A stretch of 64,000 nt of DNA, taken from contig CM120644.1 in the NCBI GenBank assembly GCA_051362555.1, positions 25,566,534 through 25,630,533 on the forward strand. The letters run 5' to 3'. A program made the translations under genes and the position numbers. Below, piece by piece: positions 1 to 13,000 of this stretch. The notes under the pieces were generated by a model that searched no databases, was not told where the DNA came from, and saw only the letters and a list, made by a program, of their open reading frames with translations. This DNA comes from Lingula anatina (taxonomy: Eukaryota; Animalia; Brachiopoda). Each line of letters begins with the position of its first letter. The stretch's first letter is position 1.

Positions 1-491
1 TTCGGTTGATTTCTGTTGTCATATTAAAATTCAAATAGGGCGTACGTAGATCACATAACTAGTTTAAGTCCACTAAAGCTACCGGTTTCAAATATAAGTG
101 ACCAGCCTTTGTTTACAACACCTGTACGTCTCCGGGGTGAAGCGCATCATGAAAATGATCGTAGGTGAGGGAAATATATAATTAGAAATTATAATTGTCG
201 TCTTTTTTAATGTTAAGTAATGTTAGCACATATTGTACACAGCAAAATAAGATTTCAGAAGGAGGACAGAACATGCCTGAAACACGTGTTAGGCGAAAAT
301 TGCAGCTTATCTTGCGTAACACTTCCGGTAAAATGCAATACTTCCGGAAAGATGGACGTTTTGGCAGATGCCCCTAACAATTCGACGATATCAAAGGTTT
401 CCATTTGCTGTATTTTAATCAATTCGACCAAACTGACATTTCCATGAAATTAATTAATTAATCTTGGTCGAATTGTTTGGCATATTACCGT

Positions 492-935
492 AAGGGACTA
501 AATGTTTCAGTTTTGGAGTTACAATAATGTGCCATAAATTTTCTACAGAAAAAATTAATTAAAATAAAGAAAAGGTCATTTTGGTTGAAATTCTTGAAAT
601 GGGAGGTGCTCAGAAGTTCCAGATGTTCAAATTTCATGAAATAATGTCATTTTTGACCAGAAGTTGTCTGCCTCGCCAAGCCTTATGTTTTATTTTCCCG
701 AAGTTCAAAATTTGTTATCCATTACCGTATTGCACATTTTGCTTTCACCACCACAATGTACTTTTTGATACAGCATAACTCAAAAACCGTATGGAATACA
801 AAAAAACGGAGACCACCCCCAGTGTTGGGCTTTACATGCTCTACAAAATGCAAAAAAGAATGGGTCTCTAGCATTAACGGTTCCCGAATTAGAGACAGTT
901 TTCAGTTTCGTTATATTATGGCCGCTACTCCTGGA
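492..935 (-). mobile_element. Internal fragment of the HINE-like family
   Basis: Near-identical to 3040-3315 and to the reverse complement of about 56235-56675. Confidence 0.75.
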
Positions 936-1035
936 CTATTTAACACAATAATTTAAATGCATTCAAAAAGGAAAAGTAACTTTTTTTCAAACATAACTGG
1001 CCTTATCTTTTAACTGTCTTTAATTTTAAATTCAT

Positions 1036-1280
1036 TTCTGTTGGCGCTGTTAATACCTGCCCTGTCCTCCATCTTAACTCAACATACATACCAACACCTA
1101 TCCTGTCCTCCATCTTAACTCAACATATATACCAACACCTACCCTGTCCTCCATCTGAACTCAACACTTATACCAACACCTATCCTGTCCTCCATCTTAA
1201 CTCAACATATATACCAACACCTACCCTGTCCTCCATCTTAACTCAACATATATACCAACACCTACCCTGTCCTCCATCTT
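1036..1280. repeat. 41-bp tandem repeat (about 6 copies) containing the ELP2 exon 16 end and donor
   Basis: Unit cctaccctgtcctccatcttaactcaacatatataccaaca. Confidence 0.85.
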
Positions 1281-4200
1281 GTTGTCTATACACAGACCAT
1301 GTCCTGTCTCTAGATACAGTGAGTATAAACATACGTACTAATACCTACCCTGTCCTCCATCTTGTTGTCTGTACACAGACCATGTCCTGTCTCTAGATAC
1401 AGTGAGTAGAAACATATGTACTAATACCTACCCTGTCCTCCATCTTGTTGTCTGTACACAGACCATGTCCTGTCTCTAGATACAGTGAGTAGAAACATAT
1501 GTACTAATACCTACCCTGTCCTCCATCTTGTTGTCTGTACACAGACCATGTCCTGTCTCTAGATACAGTGAGTAGAAACATATGTACTAATACCTACCCT
1601 GTCCTCCATCTTGTTGTCTATACACAGACCATGTCCTGTCTCTAGATACAGTCAGTAGAAACATATGTAACTAGAGGATCAGAGAGGCGATACCGCCTCC
1701 GAATATTGTACCACCAGCTGGAGTAAGCGCATTCGCATGGAACCCCCCCCCAAAACAAAAAAGGGACACTATCACCAACTCTTGTGCTTGACAAGCTCTA
1801 TAAAATGCAATCAAAAAGAGTTCTCAAAATATGCAAAAAATATAACTAAAAATGGTACAATCAAGCAGATTTTCGAATTGACCTGCATTTTCCTACCATT
1901 GATCACTCGTGATTCTCTAGACAAAAAGCCTATTGGTTTTCCTTGAAATGTGTTGTCAGTGGTGCATATATGCTGACAAAAGAGAAAACCTAGGGGCAAC
2001 ACCGAGCACATCTCTCCTAGTTTTGAAGATATGAGGGGCAAGAAAATATACAAAGCTCAGTTCATGGTGAAAAAGTAGGTCAAAGGTCAATTTCAATATC
2101 ATTGTATATAAATTTCTATTCAAGTTCAATAGTAACCATGGGCATTTCTTTGCCAATTTTGCAGATTTAAAAGCCAGAAAAAAATGCAAAAAGCAGTTCA
2201 TCATAAAAAGTAGGTCAAAGGTCAATTTCAAGGTCACAGTAAAATTACCAGTATAAAACTTCCTATTCAACTTCAATAGTAACTATGGACCTATCTCTGC
2301 CAGTTTTGAAGATAAAAGGGAACGGACATTTGCAAAGTTCAGTTAATGGTGAAAAGTAGGTCAAAGGTCAATTTTAAGGTCATAGTAAATTGCCTCTAAT
2401 GACTTTCTATTCAAATTCAATAGTAACCATGGGCGTAGCTTTGCCAGTTTTGAAAGTATAAGCATTAAAAAAGTTGCAAAGTTCAGTTTATGGTGTAAAG
2501 TAGGTCAAAGGTCAATTTCAAGGTCACAGTAAGATTACCAGTATAAGACTTCCTATATTCAACTTCAACAGTAACTATGGACCTATCTCTGCCAGTTTTG
2601 GAGATAAAAGGGAACCAAATTTGAAAGTTCATTTCATGATGAAAAGTAGGTCAAAGGTCAATTTCAAGGTCACACTTAGATTGCCTGGATATGACTTCCT
2701 ATTCAAGTTCAATAGTAAGTATGGACCTATCTCAGCCAGTTTTGGTGATAAAAGGGAACGGAAATTTGCAAAGTTCAGTTAATGGTGAAAAGTAGGTCAA
2801 AGGTCAATTTTAAGGTCATAGTAAATTGCCTCTAAAGACTTTCTATTCAAATTCAATAGTAACTATGGACGTATCTTTGCCAGTTTTGAAAGTATAAGCA
2901 TTAAAAAAGTTGCAAAGTTCAGTTAATGGTGAAAAGTAGGTCAAAGGTCAATTTAAAGGTCACAGTTAGATTGCCAGTATATGACTTCCTATTCAAGTTC
3001 AATAGTAACTATGGGCATTTCTTTGCCAGTTTGGAGATATAAGGGACTAAACGTTGCAAAGTCTTATGTTTTATTTTCCCGAAGTTCAAAATTTGTTATC
3101 CATTACCGTATTGCACATTTTGCTTTCACCACCACAATGTACTTTTTGATACAGCATAACTCGAAAACCGTATGGAATACAAAAAAACGGAGACCACCCC
3201 CAGTGTTGGGCTTTACATGCTCTACAAAATGCAAACAAGAATGGGTCTCTAGCATTAACGGTTCCCGAATTAGAGACAGTTTTCAGTTTCTTTATATTAT
3301 GGCCGCTACTCCTGGGAAAATGCAGCGGTTGACCCCAAATTCACAGAGATGAAAGATGACCCGAAGGGTAGCACCTTCCAATAATATTATAGGTTAGGTC
3401 TGTGTAGTTTCTGAATATCAGCGCAAATAATTTTTTTTTTGAAAAAAATTTCGTTTTTTTGAAAATTTTGGCTCGTTTGACCTTGAAATAAAGGTCAAAG
3501 GTCAAATCCAAGGGCATATTTGAAATCTCCACATATGACTTTTGGATAGCCGTCTGTAGAAATTTTTCCCATAATTCCTTCCGTAGGGTAGATAATTAGC
3601 ATTTAATTTTGCCATTTTTGGACAAGGGTGTATTGCAATGAGTGCCACACCTAGACCCCAGCACCGACAAAGCCCAAATTTTACATGGAACGAGTTGAGA
3701 TTATAGGTGACCTAAATCCAAGAGATGGGTATTGAGGCCCTTACTGTCTAGGAGGAGAAGCGGTAACGGTGAGATGGCGGCGGAGCCAGAGGAGCCGGCG
3801 GAGCCGCAGGAGCCGGCGGAGCCGGTGGAACATGCGGGTCGGGACTAAAACCATGTGTACCGCCAGCGCCTACGCTGGTGGTACAATAATACCGACCCTG
3901 TCCTCCATCTTCTTGTCTATACACAGACCATGTCCTGTCTCTAGATACAGTGAGTAGAAACATATGTACTAACACCTACCCTGTCCTCCATCTTGTTGTC
4001 TGTACAGAGACCATGTCCTGTCTCTAGATACAGTGAGTAGAAACATATGTACTAATACCTACCCTGTCCTCTATTTTGTTGTCTATACACAGACCATGTC
4101 CTGTCTCTAGATACAGTGAGTAGAAACATATGTACTAATACCTACCCTGTCCTCCATCTTGTTGTCTGTACAGAGACCATGTCCTGTCTCTAGATACAGT

Positions 4201-4286
4201 GAGTAGAAACATATGTACTAATACCTACCCTGTCCTCCATCTTGTTGTCTGTACAGAGACCATGTCCTGTCTCTAGATACAGTGAG
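1258..4286. repeat. 83-bp tandem repeat (about 10 copies) of the ELP2 exon 16 3' end and donor, split by a HINE insertion
   Basis: Minus strand encodes [18 protein letters not shown] followed by gtaggt; copies at 1258-1668 and 3889-4286. Confidence 0.92.
1669..3890 (-). mobile_element. Non-autonomous Helentron/HINE (DINE-1-like) element with internal tandem core repeats
   Basis: SubTIRs attgtaccaccagc / gctggtggtacaat, end hairpin gtaccgccagcg-cgctggtggtac, opposite-end stem-loop gaggcgataccgcctc next to CTAG, about 140-bp core repeats, no TSD; other copies in window. Confidence 0.8.
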
Positions 4287-4412
4287 CAGATACTGTCCAG
4301 AGTTGGAGAAAGCCATCTGGGTGACAGTCAGGGAGTGGGACTGCAGACTACACAGCTGCTTCCAGGTGGAAATCTGCCATAAAATCACAGCTGCATGCTC
4401 GGCTTTGGCTGC
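4229..4412 (-). CDS. ELP2: ELP2 exon 16 ([12 protein letters not shown]...[11 protein letters not shown]...[17 protein letters not shown])
   Basis: ttccag / gtaggt. Confidence 0.9.
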
Positions 4413-7400
4413 CTGGAAAATTTAGGTTATAAACTTACAATCTGCCAAAAAATCACAGCTGCATGCTCGGCTTGGGCTGACTGGAAAATTGAAGTTATAA
4501 ACTTACAATCTGCCATAAAATCACAGCTGCATGCATCGTCTTTGGCTGCCTGGAAAAAAGTGGTTTTAAACTTAGAATCTGACATGAAATTATGGCTGTA
4601 TGGTTATTTCAGCTGCTTGGAAAGTTGTGGTTGTCATCTTAGGGACCATTCCCACAGATATTTGGATTGATATATCTCCCTGGGGTGTCTCACTAAATTG
4701 TGATCAACTTAATGGACTTAAATGTCTGTCACTGAAAGCTGTTAGGGGGTATTTATCTTTACTTCCTAGATAATTTGGTAGGCAGACATTTAAGCTGGCA
4801 AATTGAAAGCAATTTAGTGAGACTCCCCAGGGAGTCAGACTGATCCAGATGGCATGGGAACCCAGTCTTAGAATCTGCCATAAAATCTAAGCTACATGTT
4901 TGTTTAAGCTGCCTGGAAAGTTGTGGTTGTTGTCTTAAAAACTGCCATAAAAGCACAGATGTTCTGCAGAATGTGGGGTACTAATATCTCAAACATAGGC
5001 AAATTGTAGTTCATATTTTACTTAAAATGAAGGGAAGAACAATAATTATAACAGATCCCATACATTGTCATGTACAATACCACGCTGATCACAATACCTT
5101 ACAACTTGATGCCAGAATTGTCCCCTGAGGATTACAAGCCAATGCAAAGATTTCATAGCCATGACCATATAACTTGTGTGTCTCTGGCCACAGGGTGTTC
5201 TGTAGCAGGTTCTCCTCTGTGGGGGGCTCTGAAGTGAAACAAACCCTTGTACTGGATATGATAGCTATTATATATGTTAGACTACAGTGTACTGGATATG
5301 ATAGCTATAGCCACTGCTAACATAGACTACAGTGTACTGGCTTTGACAGCTACTATAGCCACTGCTAACATAGACTACAGTATTTTCACTTTCAACTTAC
5401 AGATATATGAAGAAGTTGTAGTTACTGTCCAAAGCATTGCAATTGTCACAGTTTTGCAGAGGTACTTACTGTCCATAAGAAAGGGTTTGAAGTAGACCTC
5501 AGCATACTGTTATCAGCTGTCACTGTACACAGGTACTTACTGTCCATAAGAAAGGGTTTGAAGTAGACCTCAGCAGACTGTTATCAGCTGTCACTGTACA
5601 CAGGTACTTACTGTTCAAAAGAAAGGGTTTGAAGTAGACCTCAGCAGACTGTTATCAGCTGTCACTGTACACATGTACTTACTGTCCATAAGAAAGGGTT
5701 TGAAGTAGACCTCAGCAGACTGTTATCAGCTGTCACTGTACACAGGTACTTACTGTTCATAAGAAAGGGTTTGAAGTAGACCTCAGCAGACTGTTATCAG
5801 CTGTCACTGTACACAGGTACTTACTGTTCATAAGAAAGGGTTTGAAGTAGACCTCAGCAGACTGTTATCAGCTGTCACTGTACACAGGTACTTACTGTTC
5901 ATAAGAAAGGGTTTGAAGTAGACCTCAGCAGACTGTTATCAGCTGTCACTGTACACAGGTACTTACTGTCCATAAGAAAGGGTTTGAAGTAGACCTCAGC
6001 AGACTGTTATCAGCTGTCACTGTACACAGGTACTTACTGTCCATAAGAAAGGGTTTGAAGTAGACCTCAGCAGACTGTTATCAGCTGTCACTGTACACAG
6101 GTACTTACTGTCCATAAGAAAGGGTTTGAAGTAGACCTCAGCAGACTGTTATCAGCTGTCACTGTACACAGGTACTTACTGTCCATAAGAAAGGGTTTGA
6201 AGTAGACCTCAGCAGACTGTTATCAGCTGTCACTGTACACAGGTACTTACTGTCCATAAGAAAGGGTTTGAAGTAGACCTCAGCAGACTGTTATCAGCTG
6301 TCACTGTACACAGGTACTTACTGTCCATAAGAAAGGGTTTGAAGTAGACCTCAGCAGACTGTTATCAGCTGTCACTGTACACAGGTACTTACTGTCCATA
6401 AGAAAGGGTTTGAAGTAGACCTCAGCAGACTGTTATCAGCTGTCACTGTACACAGGTACTTACTGTCCATAAGAAAGGGTTTGAAGTAGACCTCAGCAGA
6501 CTGTTATCAGCTGTCACTGTACACAGGTACTTACTGTCCATAAGAAAGGGTTTGAAGTAGACCTCAGCAGACTGTTATCAGCTGTCACTGTACACAGGTA
6601 CTTACTGTCCATAAGAAAGGGTTTGAAGTAGACCTCAGCAGACTGTTATCAGCTGTCACTGTACACAGGTACTTACTGTCCATAAGAAAGGGTTTGAAGT
6701 AGACCTCAGCAGACTGTTATCAGCTGTCACTGTACACAGGTACTTACTGTCCATAAGAAAGGGTTTGAAGTAGACCTCAGCAGACTGTTATCAGCTGTCA
6801 CTGTACACAGGTACTTACTGTCCATAAGAAAGGGTTTGAAGTAGACCTCAGCAGACTGTTATCAGCTGTCACTGTACACAGGTACTTACTGTCCATAAGA
6901 AAGGGTTTGAAGTAGACCTCAGCAGACTGTTATCAGCTGTCACTGTACACAGGTACTTACTGTCCATAAGAAAGGGTTTGAAGTAGACCTCAGCAGACTG
7001 TTATCAGCTGTCACTGTACACAGGTACTTACTGTCCATAAGAAAGGGTTTGAAGTAGACCTCAGCAGACTGTTATCAGCTGTCACTGTACACAGGTACTT
7101 ACTGTCCATAAGAAAGGGTTTGAAGTAGACCTCAGCAGACTGTTATCAGCTGTCACTGTACACAGGTACTTACTGTCCATAAGAAAGGGTTTGAAGTAGA
7201 CCTCAGCAGACTGTTATCAGCTGTCACTGTACACAGGTACTTACTGTCCATAAGAAAGGGTTTGAAGTAGACCTCAGCAGACTGTTATCAGCTGTCACTG
7301 TACACAGGTACTTACTGTCCATAAGAAAGGGTTTGAAGTAGACCTCAGCAGACTGTTATCAGCTGTCACTGTACACAGGTACTTACTGTCCATAAGAAAG

Positions 7401-9668
7401 GGTTTGAAGTAGACCTCAGCAGACTGTTATCAGCTGTCACTGTACACAGGTACTTACTGTCCATAAGAAAGGGTTTGAAGTAGACCTCAGCAGACTGTTA
7501 TCAGCTGTCACTGTACACAGGTACTTACTGTCCATAAGAAAGGGTTTGAAGTAGACCTCAGCAGACTGTTATCAGCTGTCACTGTACACAGGTACTTACT
7601 GTCCATAAGAAAGGGTTTGAAGTAGACCTCAGCAGACTGTTATCAGCTGTCACTGTACACAGGTACTTACTGTCCATAAGAAAGGGTTTGAAGTAGACCT
7701 CAGCAGACTGTTATCAGCTGTCACTGTACACAGGTACTTACTGTCCATAAGAAAGGGTTTGAAGTAGACCTCAGCAGACTGTTATCAGCTGTCACTGTAC
7801 ACAGGTACTTACTGTCCATAAGAAAGGGTTTGAAGTAGACCTCAGCAGACTGTTATCAGCTGTCACTGTACACAGGTACTTACTGTCCATAAGAAAGGGT
7901 TTGAAGTAGACCTCAGCAGACTGTTATCAGCTGTCACTGTACACAGGTACTTACTGTCCATAAGAAAGGGTTTGAAGTAGACCTCAGCAGACTGTTATCA
8001 GCTGTCACTGTACACAGGTACTTACTGTCCATAAGAAAGGGTTTGAAGTAGACCTCAGCAGACTGTTATCAGCTGTCACTGTACACAGGTACTTACTGTC
8101 CATAAGAAAGGGTTTGAAGTAGACCTCAGCAGACTGTTATCAGCTGTCACTGTACACAGGTACTTACTGTCCATAAGAAAGGGTTTGAAGTAGACCTCAG
8201 CAGACTGTTATCAGCTGTCACTGTACACAGGTACTTACTGTCCATAAGAAAGGGTTTGAAGTAGACCTCAGCAGACTGTTATCAGCTGTCACTGTACACA
8301 GGTACTTACTGTCCATAAGAAAGGGTTTGAAGTAGACCTCAGCAGACTGTTATCAGCTGTCACTGTACACAGGTACTTACTGTCCATAAGAAAGGGTTTG
8401 AAGTAGACCTCAGCAGACTGTTATCAGCTGTCACTGTACACAGGTACTTACTGTCCATAAGAAAGGGTTTGAAGTAGACCTCAGCAGACTGTTATCAGCT
8501 GTCACTGTACACAGGTACTTACTGTCCATAAGAAAGGGTTTGAAGTAGACCTCAGCAGACTGTTATCAGCTGTCACTGTACACATGTACTTACTGTTCAT
8601 AAGAAAGGGTTTGAAGTAGACCTCAGCAGACTGTTATCAGCTGTCACTGTACACATGTACTTACTGTTCATAAGAAAGGGTTTGAAGTAGACCTCAGCAT
8701 ACTGTTATCAGCTGTCACTGTACACAGGTAATTACTGTTCATAAGAAAGGGTTTGAAGTAGACCTCAGCATACTGTTATCAGCTGTCACTGTACACAGGT
8801 AATTACTGTTCATAAGAAAGGGTTTGAAGTAGACCTCAGCATACTGTTATCAGCTGTCACTGTACACAGGTACTTACTGTTCATAAGAAAGGGTTTGAAG
8901 TAGACCTCAGCATACTGTTATCAGCTGTCACTGTACACAGGTACTTACTGTTCATAAGAAAGGGTTTGAAGTAGACCTCAGCATACTGTTCATTGGCATG
9001 TGGCTGTAGCTGGCTGTCTTCATACAAGCTCTGTGTATTCACCTCATAGACAGCTTTGTTGGACAGACCTAGAGCAGGCACACTAGCTCCCTCTGGTATC
9101 ACACTGGTCTCCTGAAAACACGGGAAAACCTGTTATAATCAGATTTTATATAATATTCAACCACTATCTCTACTGATATCTGAGGCAACTTCTGAAAACA
9201 ATCCCCATGTTTAGTCACATAGCTCAAAAATATAGCTGCAGAAACATTCTACTGGGGTATCACTGACTAACAATGATCCACAAACCTTATCTTTAAGCCC
9301 TTGAATGTAATTCCTTCCTGTTATTTTCCCCAAATTCTCTATAAAGTTTCTTGGAGCCTGAAACACCCTGGTCACTTTCTCATCTGCACCTGAGGCAAAT
9401 TTGAACTTGTTAACCATGGCCAGGCATTGGAGGTCGTAACCATGGACTTGAGGGCGAGCCACCTCATGCCACGTCACCTGTAAAATGTAACAGTTAAGAT
9501 ATGTGCAGTAAATAACAACTGATCTTGACCTTCTTCATCTCAAATGTGCACATAACATAAAGCACATTGCTGAGCTTGTATATGACTTGGTGAAGCCTTT
9601 GATGCACATAAATCATGACAACAATCGTCTCTGTGCGTAAAAACTCACTGACCTCTCTCTTTCCCAAT

Positions 9669-9713
<45 letters not shown>

Positions 9714-9985
9714 GTGTCTGTACATAAAAACTCACTGACCTCTCCCTTTCCCTGGACCCAAGGTGCAAACAGTGTCTGTACATAAAAACTCATTGACCTC
9801 TCTATTTCCCTGGACCCAAGGTGCAAACAGTGTCTGTACATAAAAACTCACTGACCTCTCTCTTTCCCTGGACCCAAGGTGCAAACAGTGTCTGTACATA
9901 AAAACTCACTGACCTCTCTCTTTCCCTGGACCCAAGGTGCAAACAGTGTCTGTACATAAAAACTCACTGACCTCTCTATTTCCCA

Positions 9986-10038
<53 letters not shown>

Positions 10039-13000
10039 GTGTCTGTACATAAAAACTCACTGACCTCTGTCTTTCCCTGGACCCAAGGTGCAAACAGTGT
10101 CTGTACATAAAAACTCACTGACCTCTCTCTTTCCCTGGACCCAAGGTGCAAACAGTGTCTGTACATAAAAACTCACTGACCTCTCTATTTCCCTGGACCC
10201 AAGGTGCAAACAGGCGTGTGGTCTGGTCAGTACTGGTGGTCAGCAAGAAATGACCATCCTCTGGATCCCAAGCTATGTCCTGGACACCATCAAAGTGCCC
10301 ACTGGGTGTGACCCAAGGTTGCCAGCTGTCACCTGTCTTCTAATTTATCAGGAGTATAACAATATTATAAGAATACTTATCATCAATTAAAAAAAATTTT
10401 GTGAAAGTCAAAAAATAGATTTCTACATACAGATTTGTCTCATAAACAACTAGTTTACAATAAAATTAATGTTCTGCATATACTAAGAACTAAGTTCAAC
10501 TGCCTTCCCTGTACCAGAGATGTGGTCTGTCCTGGTAACCATGGTACCTTCCCCTTCCCTGTACCACGGATGTGGTCTGTCCTGGTAACCATGGTATCTA
10601 CCCCTTCCCTGTACCACAGATGTGGCCTGTCCTGGTAACCATGGTATCTACCCCTTCCCTGTACCACAGATGTGGTCTGTCCTGGTAACCATGGTACCTA
10701 CCCCTTCCCTGTACCACAGATGTGGCCTGTCCTGGTAACCATGGTATCTACCCCTTCCCTGTACCACAGATGTGGCCTGTCCTGGTAACCATGGTATCTA
10801 CCCCTTCCCTGTACCACAGATGTGGTCTGTCCTGGTAACCATGGTACCTACCCCTTCCCTGTACCACAGATGTAGTCTGCCCTGGTAACCATGGTACCTA
10901 CCCCTTCCCTGTACCAGAGATGTGGTCTGCCCTGGTAACCATGGTACCTACCCCTTCCCTGTACCACAGATGTAGTCTGCCCTGGTAACCATGGTACCTA
11001 CCCCTTCCCTGTACCAGAGATGTAGTCTGCCCTGGTAACCATGGTACCTACCCCTTCCCTGTACTAGAGATGTGGTCTGCCCTGGTAACCATGGTGTACC
11101 TACCCCTTCCCTGTACTAGAGATGTAGTCTGCCCTGGTAACCATGGTACCTACCCCTTCCCTGTACTAGAGATGTGGTCTGCCCTGGTAACCATGGTGTA
11201 CCTACCCCTTCCCTGTACTAGAGATGTGGTCTGCCCTGGTAACCATGGTGTACCTACCCCTTCCCTGTACTAGAGATGTAGTCTACACTGGTAACCATGG
11301 TACCTACCCCTTCCCTGTACTAGAGATGTAGTCTGCCCTGGTAACCATGGTACCTACCCCTTCCCTGTACTAGAGATGTGGTCTGCCCTGGTAACCATGG
11401 TGTACCTACCCCTTCCCTGTACTAGAGATGTGGTCTGCCCTGGTAACCATGGTGTACCTACCCCTTCCCTGTACTAGAGATGTAGTCTACACTGGTAACC
11501 ATGGTACCTACCCCTTCCCTGTACTAGAGATGTAGTCTACACTGGTAACCATGGTACCTACCCCTTCCCTGTACTAGAGATGTAGTCTACACTGGTAACC
11601 ATGGTACCTACCCCTTCCCTGTACCAGAGATGTGGTCTGTCCTGGTAACCATGGTACCTACCCCTTCCCTGTACCAGAGATGTGGTCTGTCCTGGTAACC
11701 ATGGTACCTACCCCTTCCCTGTACCAGAGATGTGGTCTGTCCTGGTAACCATGGTACCTACCCCTTCCCTGTACCACAGATGTGGTCTGTCCTGGTAACC
11801 ATGGTACCTACCCCTTCCCTGTACCACAGATGTGGTCTGTCCTGGTAACCATGGTACCTACCCCTTCCCTGTACCAGAGATGTGGTCTGTCCTGGTAACC
11901 ATGGTACCTACCCCTTCCCTGTACCACAGATGTGGTCTGTCCTGGTAACCATGGTACCTACCCCTTCCCTGTACCAGAGATGTGGTCTGTCCTGGTAACC
12001 ATGGTTCCTACCCCTTCCCTGTACCAGAGATGTGGTCTGTCCTGGTAACCATGGTACCTACCCCTTCCCTGTACCACAGATGTGGTCTGTCCTGGTAACC
12101 ATGGTACCTACCCCTTCCCTGTACCAGAGATGTGGTCTGTCCTGGTAACCATGGTACCTACCCCTTCCCTGTACCAGAGATGCAGCGCCCCCTGGTAACC
12201 GTGGGCTAGAATCGTGTCTCCAGAGGGGCTGAACTGGCAGCCATAGAAGCCCAGAGTATTGCCTCCCACTCCTCCAACACGGACCTGCAGAAAGTAAACT
12301 TCACCATGTTTACGTCACAAGACCAGAGAACAGATTGGGATGATTGTGAACATAAGTGTTATACCTACTATGAAAACATTTCTAAACATTACCAGAATAT
12401 CTACAGAATTTGATATTCCAAATTCCTTTTATACACTTTTAAGTTGACATCACAAAGGTACATCACCTCCATCCGAAGTATCACACACTCACCTCTTCTA
12501 CCCAAATTCCACTGTTAAGATCACATGTCCACAGTATTATACACTCACCTCTTCTATCCAAATTCCACTGTTAAGATCACATGTCCACAGTATCACACAC
12601 TCACCTGTTCTATCCAAATTCCACTGTTAAGAGCACATGTCCACAGTATTATACACTGACCTCTTCTATCCAAATTCCACTGTTAAGATCACATGTCCAC
12701 AGTATTATACACTCACCTGTTCTACCCAAATTCCACTGTTAAGATCACATGTCCACAGTATTATACACTGACCTCTTCTATCCATATTCCACTGTTAAGA
12801 TCACATGTCCACAGTATTATACACTGACCTCTTCTATCCATATTCCACTGTTAAGATCACATGTCCACAGTATTATACACTCACCTGTTCTATCCAAATT
12901 CCACTGTTAAGATCACATGTCCACAGTATTATACACTGACCTGTTCTATCCAAATTCCACTGTTAAGATCGCATGTCCACAGTATTATACACTCACCTGT

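Noticed and set aside
1-1035. Further ELP2 exons
   Set aside because: No match to the expected HSRIIWSCDW-type C-terminal motifs was seen; the region is largely a TE fragment, so remaining exons are presumably left of the window.
581-3532. ORFs such as MYFLIQHNSKTVWNTKKRR (also at 56219-56585)
   Set aside because: Recurrence reflects copies of the non-coding HINE-like element; no Rep/helicase or transposase motifs.
3769-3957. Arg/Ser-rich protamine-like ORF
   Set aside because: Comes from the 9-bp ggagccggc microsatellite near the HINE end.
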